Source of the DNA: an uncultured Nitrospiraceae bacterium
GTDB taxonomy: Bacteria; Nitrospirota; Nitrospiria; Nitrospirales; Nitrospiraceae
Reading direction: 5' to 3'
Assembly: GCA_963730935.1 (NCBI GenBank)
Contig: CAVSTP010000002.1
Coordinates: 288,001 to 352,000 of the forward strand
Length of the DNA stretch: 64,000 nt
The notes under the pieces were generated by a model, which made no database searches, was not told the origin of the DNA, and saw nothing but the letters and a program-made list of their open reading frames with translations. How positions within the stretch are numbered: the stretch's first letter is position 1; each line of letters begins with the position of its first letter. Below are positions 40,404 to 49,162 of the stretch, in pieces. Both the position numbers and the translations under genes were made by a program.

Positions 40404-40802
40404 CTACAAGGCAGGTGGCTGATATGCCGGACCGAAACACCCTCGCACTGCCTCTTTAAATTGAGCAGTTCCAAACGGCTTTGCGATATACCCGCACGCT
40501 AGATTGGATTCCTTCGCGGCCTGAAGACGGGACGAGGATGCAGACATTACAAGCACAGGCAAATGAGGGAGGGCTTGTCGTGTGTCGGCAAGGAGTTGAA
40601 TGCCGGTCACACGGGGTAAGTTCAAATCCAGCAGTACACCGTCGAATGAACCCTCTGTCTGCAACATTTCGGTACCGATCTGGCCATCCTTCGCGCATGA
40701 GACCGCGTATCCGTATAGTTCCAAACGATCACGGACCGCCATCGATTGATCGGGATCATCTTCGATCACCAACAGGCGCTTCACTGTACCTTGGAGTGCC
40801 AT
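40404..40802 (-). CDS. Stand-alone receiver domain protein
   Basis: VIEDD, LLDLNLP, MSA, AKPF. Confidence 0.88.
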   Translation of the reverse strand: MALQGTVKRLLVIEDDPDQSMAVRDRLELYGYAVSCAKDGQIGTEMLQTEGSFDGVLLDLNLPRVTGIQLLADTRQALPHLPVLVMSASSSRLQAAKESNLACGYIAKPFGTAQFKEAVRGCFGPAYQPPAL

Positions 40803-41223
40803 ACCGCACCTCTATAGGGTTACGGACGTCTAGTGCTTGGCTGATGAAGTGAACATAGTTAATTGGGTAGGTGTATCGCATTCGAACCACTCCGTATTCA
40901 TTCCGATCCAGAAAGCCAGCAGGCATTGATGCGTTCTAATCTCGCCACACGTACCCTAATAAAAAGGAGCGCTCCTGATACGCTTGCGACATGACGTAAT
41001 ACATGCTTTCTCCTTTCTTCACATTTATGTGTGCTAGCTTCTCTATTCTGTGCAAAGTGCATTCCGAAGCGACCAGGCAAAGAAAAACAATAGCAGCATT
41101 CTCAGGTCGTGCGCGGTGTAATTCGAGGCAGGAGAGAAGCGGCTATTCAAATCTCATTAACCACCGTCGCTAGGGAGGCAGATACATCATTGCTGCGGAA
41201 AACTCGAAAAGAGCAAAACAGTA

Positions 41224-41278
41224 TTGTCAATAACTTGGATATGACGTGATTAAGCGGCGTTCGAGTCATATCCTTCGG
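41224..41278 (+). repeat. Non-coding repeat with inverted repeat; inverted copy at 52117-52171
   Basis: First 32 nt match the other copy at 31 positions; GGATATGAC-N19-GTCATATCC. Confidence 0.8.
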
Positions 41279-41870
41279 TCAGGCGTTTCGCCTCTTCCGA
41301 GGGCACTGCATTTCTAGGCAAATCATGCGGCCCTGGCACTAAACAATTCTTTAAAGATTAGCCCGCCTTCAAAACCGCGGATATCGGCTTCTTCCTCGCT
41401 GTTATAGACGGTGGGGTCTGAGAACGGTTGCATGTTCAACAACATTGCTTCCATTGCCTGAAGCAGCGAGCGGCTCAGGGTTGGATTGTTGTATGACATA
41501 GTCTTTGTACTGAACCTGTCTTCCCACAAAGCAAAAGAATCCCTCCTTGAGAAGTGCCAAAAGAATGGGCCCCAGCCTTCAGAATCCGGCTTCCTGTCAG
41601 CTGCTGGTGAGCCGCCTGGGTTCGTACGCGCGCGAACTTAGTGGAGCCGGATGATATGCAATCAGCCGGCTGAAGAGGAAAGGATCACACTTTCGAAACT
41701 GGGATCGCTATCTTCATGTGTGTTCATATTCTAAGAATTCTAAGACGAGGCCAAATGCCAAAATGGCGTAACATTGGTAGCAGGCGGGTAGCACAATGTG
41801 TAACTTGTCGGTGGCTGACAAGAGTAGAGCTGGTCACTACCCGGCACTCATAAAATGTATTGGCCAAATC

Positions 41871-43340
41871 CTAAGTGCCGTTTTGGGCCTGTTTACGATC
41901 TGTAATATCCGTCCAATACAGGTTCGCATAGTTCTCATGAGCGATCGGTGTCACATTCACCAGATACAATCGCGAATTCAGGCGAACTTCGACCAGTTCT
42001 GCAGTTGATGTCTGCAAGGAGCTTTGAACCAACCCCATCAGATGTGGCGACACCGGGCTTCCCACAGATAAAGCAGAATCTTGTAATGAGTGATCTGCTG
42101 CGGGATTTTTATAAAGCAAAATGCCTTCTCCATCTATCCGCAGTACCGGTGAAGGGTTTTGAACGGGCAACAATGCCATGGCCTTCACCGTCTCCTCAGC
42201 TTTCCTCCGGTCCGTCACATCGATGCAGGAGCCGATGTACCCCACAAACTCGCCGCTCTCCGCATAGCGTGGAATACCGTGATCAAGCGCCCACCTGTAT
42301 TCACCATCCCGTCGCCGCAAACGATATTCCATCTCAAATGGCTGTCGAGCATCGAAAGACGACGAGTAGATGGACCAGCACTGATCGAAGTCTTCCGGAT
42401 GAATGCCCTGTGCCCAACCATTTCCGAGTTCCTGCTCCAAGGTTTTGCCGGTAAAGTCAAGCCATGGTTTGTTGAACCATGTACATCGTTTTTCGGTATC
42501 CGCCAGCCAAATAAAAACCGGCGCGGTGTCTGCCATATTCCGAAAGCGTGCCTCACTTTCCCGCAGTTGGCACTCGGCGTTCTTTCTCTCGGTGATGTCG
42601 GTTTCTGAGCCCACCATGCGAACAGCGCGACCTTGGGTGTTCCATAGGGCCATCCCACGATCAACAATCCACCGATAGGTTCCATCTTTACAGCGCGTGC
42701 GATATTCACACTCGAATCTAGGGATCGTTTTGTTGAGGTATTGTTGGACCGTATTCATGACCATCTGGAGATCATCGGGATGGATACGCGAGGACCATTC
42801 ATTCTCCTGTGTCCCAATCTCATTTTCGGTATATCCACGCACTTCCTTCCACCGTGAAGAGAGAAACACCGTATGGTTTACGATGTCCCAATCCCATATG
42901 CCATCTGTGGACCCCGCAAGAGCGAGTTGCCAACGTTCTTCATTTTCTCGAAGCGCCTTCGTGGTTTGACTCTTGTAGATGGCAATATCCAGTTGGATGG
43001 CGAGGTCACGTTCGGAGAAGGGCTTAAGCACGTACCCGAAATGTCCAGCCAAATTTGCCCGTTGGACCGTCTCTCGGTCTGAGTGAGCCGTCACATACAC
43101 CACGGGGATTTGATGGAGCGCATTCAGTTGTTTCGCGGTTTCGACCCCATCAAGTGTTCCGGCCAATGTCAGGTCAAGCATGACCAGATCTGGGCGATGC
43201 GTTTCTGCGAGTTGAATCGCTTCTTCTCCGGTACAGGCCGTCGCCAGGACGCGATATCCTAACGCGCTCACCTTCTGCGCAAGATCGTCGGCCACAATGG
43301 CTTCATCCTCAACGATGATAATCGTGCGAAGCGTCGACAC
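41871..43340 (-). CDS. REC-PAS-PAS-PAS signalling protein, apparently truncated before any output domain
   Basis: IVEDE/MLDL/KPF REC, PAS domains with DGIWDWD and DITERK; ends at DITDRKQAQNGT. Confidence 0.88.
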   Translation of the reverse strand: MSTLRTIIIVEDEAIVADDLAQKVSALGYRVLATACTGEEAIQLAETHRPDLVMLDLTLAGTLDGVETAKQLNALHQIPVVYVTAHSDRETVQRANLAGHFGYVLKPFSERDLAIQLDIAIYKSQTTKALRENEERWQLALAGSTDGIWDWDIVNHTVFLSSRWKEVRGYTENEIGTQENEWSSRIHPDDLQMVMNTVQQYLNKTIPRFECEYRTRCKDGTYRWIVDRGMALWNTQGRAVRMVGSETDITERKNAECQLRESEARFRNMADTAPVFIWLADTEKRCTWFNKPWLDFTGKTLEQELGNGWAQGIHPEDFDQCWSIYSSSFDARQPFEMEYRLRRRDGEYRWALDHGIPRYAESGEFVGYIGSCIDVTDRRKAEETVKAMALLPVQNPSPVLRIDGEGILLYKNPAADHSLQDSALSVGSPVSPHLMGLVQSSLQTSTAELVEVRLNSRLYLVNVTPIAHENYANLYWTDITDRKQAQNGT

Positions 43341-43944
43341 GACGGCCTCACATACAGAAATAAGAGGCCGATATGGTAGCGTTGATCGAACAGTTTATCA
43401 AACCGAGTCTTGAAGCATTTCAGGGCATATGGCTTGCGCCATATCCGTGGTGCATCCTGTATCCTGTTATGAGGAATGTAGTTTAGGAATGTAGGGGAGT
43501 ACGGGGCAGAACGGCTTTAATCTGTCCCCCGGTGAGGCGAACGATGTTTGAGAATTACAGGTATGAGTGATGAATTGGAGCGTTATGGAGGCGGCGAAGA
43601 TGAAAACATGTCCTCTCGGGACATCTTGTCACGAGTTACATGATTAAAGATTATCTGAACTTCGGGAGCGACCGAAAAAAATAACATAATCTCATAGGTA
43701 TCTGGCCTCTGCCAGTCGATCTGGTCCCGTGCGTCTTTTGGCCCACCATTTGCTCCTATAGATTGCTTCTCATAGAAATTGCTTCCTCCGCTCACCACCG
43801 GGTGCTTCAGTCTTAAGAGGCAACCAGTCGTGATTCGCTCTTTAATATACCCATCTCATCTGCACAGTTCGCTGACGTGCGTCTGCATACCAAACAGCAA
43901 GGATGACGTGTCAGCTGTCACCGTCTGAGAGAAAGGGGGAAGCC

Positions 43945-44805
43945 ATGTATAAAATCATCACCCTCGTGGCATTGGCGTCGCTTGTGTGGGGATGTCAACA
44001 TGGCACCACGACAGTGGTGCCGCATACCAGCAGGACAGGAAATGTGCACAACGTCAAGCTCGGCCTCAATGAGGGATCGCTTGCAGAGATGACCGTGGGA
44101 GTCGGAGACGAAATTCTCTTCTTCAATGACCGGACCCAGCCGGTGCACGTGATCCTCATTGAAGGAGGACGCAGCATTGCCTGTCAACGCGGATTCGCTG
44201 GCCTGGTGGACCAAGAGGCCCTGATTAACCCGGGAGGAACTGCGAGTTTCTGCTTCGAGAGGGCGGGGACATTTAAATACATGGTCAGGTCACAGGGGGT
44301 CATCGAAGGAGCGGAATCCGTGCAGCCTGGTCAGTTCATTGTACGAGCTGGCCCCGCCGCCCCCATGGCGGCCTCGGGTTTGACGGCCGTGCCAGAAACC
44401 AGCAGAACCGCGAAGGTCCAGGACGTGCACGTCACTCTCACCTATGTTTCACCAACCGAGGCCAGCGTCAGCGTGGGCGACGAGTTGCGTTTCATTAATG
44501 ATCGCGCGGACCCTGTTCGCATCATCCTGATCGACGCGGGCAAGAGCATCGCGTGTAAACGAGGATTCACGGGATCTGTTGATCAACAGGCAGACATTAA
44601 GCCGGGAGAGTCAGCGAGTTTCTGCTTTGAAAAAGCGGGGACGGCAAAGTATATGGTGCGGTCCACGCAAGGGATGGTCGGAGGAGAGAAAGTGGTCTCG
44701 GCTGAAATAGAGATTCGAGAGGCTTCGGCAGAGCCCGTAAAGACCAAAGACAATCTGAAACCCTCTTCCTCGGGACCAGAACTGAGCCTGACGCCCAAGG
44801 AATGA
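43945..44805 (+). CDS. Lipoprotein with two cupredoxin-like repeats
   Basis: Lipobox VWGC; duplicated VPxTSRT...VGDE.xF.NDR...IACxRGF...PGxxASFCFExAGTxKYMVRS. Confidence 0.8.
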   Translation: MYKIITLVALASLVWGCQHGTTTVVPHTSRTGNVHNVKLGLNEGSLAEMTVGVGDEILFFNDRTQPVHVILIEGGRSIACQRGFAGLVDQEALINPGGTASFCFERAGTFKYMVRSQGVIEGAESVQPGQFIVRAGPAAPMAASGLTAVPETSRTAKVQDVHVTLTYVSPTEASVSVGDELRFINDRADPVRIILIDAGKSIACKRGFTGSVDQQADIKPGESASFCFEKAGTAKYMVRSTQGMVGGEKVVSAEIEIREASAEPVKTKDNLKPSSSGPELSLTPKE

Positions 44806-44872
44806 CAATATGAATAGTATGCCGCTGGGGAAAGCCACACCCTGAGGGGCATTAACCTTAGATGGATCTACA

Positions 44873-45349
44873 ATGCGCAAGCGTGTGGTGCCAGGGCATC
44901 CAACACAGGGTGCCCCGGCCGATGAAGACTGGCTTCATGTGGAAGGACTGGCGGAAGTCGAGGTGACATCAGAGGCTCTCGCGTATCCTGTTGAGGGTGC
45001 CTTGCTGCCCGAGCCTAGTGCGGGATGGCGCGCAAGCGGGTCCGGCCCACAAACGATCAGGCTTCACTTTCAGCCGCCGCAACAATTGACAAGGATTTGG
45101 CTCTCTTTCGTCGAATCTGAGATGGAACGAACGCAGGAATACACGTTGCGGTGGTCGCACGGGTATGGCGAGCCCTTCCATGAAATCGTGCGGCAACAAT
45201 GGAACTTTAGTCCCCACGGAGCCACCCGCGAAGTTGAAGATTATGATGTGGAACTTCCCTCAGTGGCGATCCTCGAACTCAAAATTATTCCTGATATCCG
45301 TGTCGGGACGAAAGCAGTGGCATCACTGGCTCATTGGAGGCTCGCTTAG
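44873..45349 (+). CDS. Discoidin/galactose-binding-like domain protein
   Basis: VTSE...GWRA...QTIRL...EIVRQQWNFSP; paralog of 53922-54395. Confidence 0.8.
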   Translation: MRKRVVPGHPTQGAPADEDWLHVEGLAEVEVTSEALAYPVEGALLPEPSAGWRASGSGPQTIRLHFQPPQQLTRIWLSFVESEMERTQEYTLRWSHGYGEPFHEIVRQQWNFSPHGATREVEDYDVELPSVAILELKIIPDIRVGTKAVASLAHWRLA

Positions 45350-45378
45350 AAGTGTCACCTTCACTACTTTCTTAATGG

Positions 45379-48300
45379 TTGGCTCAAAACATGGACGCCA
45401 GACCTCGTCATATTGCATCGATTCCCCGCTGGTTCCTCGTCTCTGTCCTGTTGATTCTGCTCATTTCAGTCACGAGTGTCATTCTTAATCGTCCGACTGT
45501 TCATCATCGCATTCAGCATTATCTCAAAAGCCAATTCGGCATTGAGACAAGCGCGATCCATGTGCAGTTAGTCCCTACCATTTCTCTCGAAGTATTCGAC
45601 CTTCTCGTGACGGATGACACCACCTCCGAGCCGATTCTGCGAGCTCCCCGAGCGTCTCTCTCAGTACGGCTGTGGCCCCTGCTTACCCAGCAAACGCGAC
45701 TATTGGAGCTCTATGCGGTTCAACCCGAGCTGGTGATCCGCAGAGATCGGGATGGAGTCTGGCATGTCCCATTACTCGATGAGAAGCCCACATCCCAACA
45801 GACGAGCAACACCGCCGATCCCAAATGGGTGATGACCGGTTTTCACATCGTGGACGGGAATCTTGTCATCTTAGACGAAGAGCGACTGGCAGCGGGGGGA
45901 GTCAGCGTCCATCATGTGCAAGCTGTGTGTGAGCGTAATCAGGCCCAAAATCAAGCCGAAATCAAGCTAACCGCTACGACCGACGACGGCGGTGATCTTG
46001 AGATACATGGCTCTGTGGCGCTTGGGAAGAAAGTTAGGCCGGATAGTTCGAACACGACACTGCTTCCAGGTCAATTCGACGGCACCCTTGCTTTTCAGCA
46101 TTTTAACCTCGCCTACTGGCTCGAACGCACGGGGCAATCTGTTCCCGCTCGAAGCAAGGAACTGGCTTGGCGAGGAGACCTCTCTGCCGCCATCCGTCTT
46201 GATCTTCTGGCAGGCACTCAAGGCTTTAACGTCACGATTTCCGATATGCAGACGGATCTCGGTTGGCTGGTGATTCGCGGCGACGGCAATATCGAACACG
46301 CGGGCACGAATCATCCGGTCTATGCAATAAAGCTCTCGACCTCTCCCATCGGTTCGGACAGTTTTTTCGCACATGTTCCTCCTTCTTGGATACCGAATAA
46401 AGTACAAGACGCCGTTGATGCGCATGATTTGGAAAGCACCGTGGAGCTGGTATCTGTAGACCTCAGAGGGTCGATCGACGTGCTTCGTGACCCCGATGAG
46501 TGGAACCTCGTTGCCAGGCTTAACCATGGGAGTGGGGTCTGGGGAGACAAACGGACGCGTATTCACGATCTCTCTGCCACAGTAGCGATGGATCCGCACA
46601 CTGCAGACATCACAAATATTTCTGGGGAGGTGAATGGTGTCCAAATCACCAGCACCAAGCTCACGGTGTCCGATTTGGATCTAGGGCCTACTGTGGACGC
46701 TCACCTTGTAGGCGTCGGACAACTTGAACACATGCTGGGTGTCCTTCAACAGTTCGATGGAGGAACGGTGGGTTCCTCTGTTTTGCGCAACGTGACGGAC
46801 CTCACAGGGACGCTTCACCTGGCAGTTCACGTGGCCGGAGCACTCCTTCCAAGGCCTTCGTTACGACTCATGAAGGCGGAACTGCAGGTCCAGGAATTGG
46901 GTGGCCGACTGGCCAAGAACTTCGCAATTACTCAATTGAATGGAAGCATTGCGGCCGACTCACGCATGCTGGGAGTTACACACCTCCAGGGTGTAATGCA
47001 GGGTATCCAATTTGAGGCACAGGGAGCTGTTGATCTCGATGCGGGCGTCCGGGTGACCAACCTCGCTATAGACATGCGGGCGGATGGCACCGCAATCCGG
47101 GAGCTGCTAGTGACGAACTTTGCGGTCCGTCCTGACATGCACATCGAGGGCTCAGCTCGTGCCATTCTTTCGCTCTCAGGCACGGCAGGTGCGGCTCACT
47201 GTCGGAGCACGATCGATCTAACTGACACAGACCTCATGATTCCCTCGGTCCTTCACAAAAAGAAAGGACTTCCGGGAAAACTGGAATTTGAAGCGAACAT
47301 CCTCGATGCCAAACGTGTGATCCTCGAAGATGTCAGATTGATCCTCTTGGAAAGCGAAATACAGGCTGCGGGGCAGATCGAGCTAGGTCCTACGCCAAAG
47401 TTCCACGTTCATGTGAAATCCGATCCAATTTCACTACCAGCGCTTCTTGATATGGATGTCAGGATCCCCATGACAGCGGGCATACTCGAGACCTCTGCTG
47501 AAATCAGCGGTGAAGGGACGAATTGGAAGTCATGGGCCCCTTCCGGTTGGATCACTCTTCGGAGCGGGGTTGTCACGCTTCCAGGTCTAGAGCACGAGCT
47601 GAGGGAAGTGTCTGGACGCTTACAAGTGACTCCAGGAAGCGCCATACTGGACGAGTTGTCTGTTCAAATGGGCGAGAGCGATGTGAGATTAACGGGAATC
47701 GTCGAGCATTGGCGTGATTATCCGCGAGCGACTTTGATGGTGGAATCTTCTCATCTCGATATTGGCGAACTTGCTCCCAACACGACCAAGAATTCAGCAA
47801 CAACGAGTGCAAATCTGCAGGACTGGATCCGATCGAAAGATACGACCGTCGCGTTTGTCATCAAACAACTACAGTATGACCGATTGTTTCTACGATCGGT
47901 CTCCGGTGAGATCACGGTGGATTCGCAGAAGGTAAAGTTGAACGAATTACAGGGCGAAACTCCCAAAGGCGTGTTCTTTGGGCGCGGAGAAGGACGATTT
48001 GGCACTCGGCAGCGATTGGATCTCGAGGCAGAATTGGACGTGGATGGAATACCGGCGCAGGATCTGCTCTCAAGCAGCGAGGGTGAGACAGAGCCGCTTC
48101 TAGGGAATCTCTCGATGAACGGTGTAATGCAAGCCAGCGTTGACGCCGACAAACCAATATGGAACACGTTAAGCACCGCTCCCCACGGCATCACGATCAA
48201 GGTTCTGGATGGCCGACTTCAACAAGATCCGGTGCTTACGAAAGTTATTAAAATCCTGAACCTCCCTGCCGTCCTCATCGGTCAAGTGGATTTGAACCAA

Positions 48301-48705
48301 GGCGGCCTACCATTTCACTCGCTCACTGCCCGGGTGGTCGCCAAAGATGGGCTGTTTTCGTCCCAGGACATTGTCTTGGATAGCCCCATTATGAAAGTGA
48401 CGGGCGCGGGCAGTGCAGATGTCAAGGACAGTGGATTGGACTTAGCCCTCGCCGTGAGTCCTTTGGCGGCGTACTCAAACTTAATAGGGAAGATCCCTTT
48501 ATTCGGCCCGCTCCTGAGCGGAGATCACCCCGGATTATCCACCGCACTGTTCGAAGCGAAAGGTCCTTTGCGCGATCCTGAAGTCTCCTATCTGCCGCTG
48601 GAATCATTCGCAATGGGTCTGACGGGTTATCCACGGCTTGCGATTGATGTGCTGGTCAACACCATGAATCTACCGGAGACCGCGCTGGCTTACGCCACTC
48701 CCTGA
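45379..48705 (+). CDS. AsmA-like/YhdP-family bridge lipid-transport protein
   Basis: N-terminal TM anchor, long beta-rich body, AsmA-like C-terminus (GLPFHSL...IGKIPLFG...FEAKGPLRDPEV). Confidence 0.85.
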   Translation: MAQNMDARPRHIASIPRWFLVSVLLILLISVTSVILNRPTVHHRIQHYLKSQFGIETSAIHVQLVPTISLEVFDLLVTDDTTSEPILRAPRASLSVRLWPLLTQQTRLLELYAVQPELVIRRDRDGVWHVPLLDEKPTSQQTSNTADPKWVMTGFHIVDGNLVILDEERLAAGGVSVHHVQAVCERNQAQNQAEIKLTATTDDGGDLEIHGSVALGKKVRPDSSNTTLLPGQFDGTLAFQHFNLAYWLERTGQSVPARSKELAWRGDLSAAIRLDLLAGTQGFNVTISDMQTDLGWLVIRGDGNIEHAGTNHPVYAIKLSTSPIGSDSFFAHVPPSWIPNKVQDAVDAHDLESTVELVSVDLRGSIDVLRDPDEWNLVARLNHGSGVWGDKRTRIHDLSATVAMDPHTADITNISGEVNGVQITSTKLTVSDLDLGPTVDAHLVGVGQLEHMLGVLQQFDGGTVGSSVLRNVTDLTGTLHLAVHVAGALLPRPSLRLMKAELQVQELGGRLAKNFAITQLNGSIAADSRMLGVTHLQGVMQGIQFEAQGAVDLDAGVRVTNLAIDMRADGTAIRELLVTNFAVRPDMHIEGSARAILSLSGTAGAAHCRSTIDLTDTDLMIPSVLHKKKGLPGKLEFEANILDAKRVILEDVRLILLESEIQAAGQIELGPTPKFHVHVKSDPISLPALLDMDVRIPMTAGILETSAEISGEGTNWKSWAPSGWITLRSGVVTLPGLEHELREVSGRLQVTPGSAILDELSVQMGESDVRLTGIVEHWRDYPRATLMVESSHLDIGELAPNTTKNSATTSANLQDWIRSKDTTVAFVIKQLQYDRLFLRSVSGEITVDSQKVKLNELQGETPKGVFFGRGEGRFGTRQRLDLEAELDVDGIPAQDLLSSSEGETEPLLGNLSMNGVMQASVDADKPIWNTLSTAPHGITIKVLDGRLQQDPVLTKVIKILNLPAVLIGQVDLNQGGLPFHSLTARVVAKDGLFSSQDIVLDSPIMKVTGAGSADVKDSGLDLALAVSPLAAYSNLIGKIPLFGPLLSGDHPGLSTALFEAKGPLRDPEVSYLPLESFAMGLTGYPRLAIDVLVNTMNLPETALAYATP

Positions 48706-48740
48706 CCGTATAAAGATCTGCTTTATGTGGTTCGAGTGTT

Positions 48741-48772
48741 TGGAGCCGGCGACCGATTCGAATCAGCGACCT
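48741..48772 (-). repeat. tRNA 3'-end remnant (Thr-like), possible att site
   Basis: Minus strand AGGTCGCTGATTCGAATCGGTCGCCGGCTCCA: variable loop, TTCGAAT T loop, acceptor strand and CCA. Confidence 0.55.
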
Positions 48773-49162
48773 CATCAAATCTTCTCAGGGCTAAGGACGC
48801 CCCATTCATGGTGTCCATGTTTCTCGGCTTTCTAGCCTCTGGATATGCCGAGAGTCAACGGCCTAAACCGCAGGGCAGGCGGCGTTCACAAAGCCTTTGA
48901 AGGGGATGCCCACAAGCCATTCGTGCCATATATCGCAGGTCATCTCTCTTATTTGTGGGAGCGAATCGACCTGCAGGAGGGCAAACCCTACTAAAGTTCC
49001 GTCAAGCTAGTGGTTATCCCCGTCGCTTCCTCTAGCAGAACGCCCGAGAATGATCCGATAGCAGTGTACTTTGGGTAGTGTTCTCGGTATTCACCTTACC
49101 GACGACTTGTCGTTATGCCTTACGAATGACGATGGCGGTATTTTCATGTATCATCCCTGCGC

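Noticed and set aside
43423..43438. Sigma54-like GGGCATATGGCTTGCG
   Set aside because: Spacing fits, but the next + strand gene starts about 500 bp away, so support is weak
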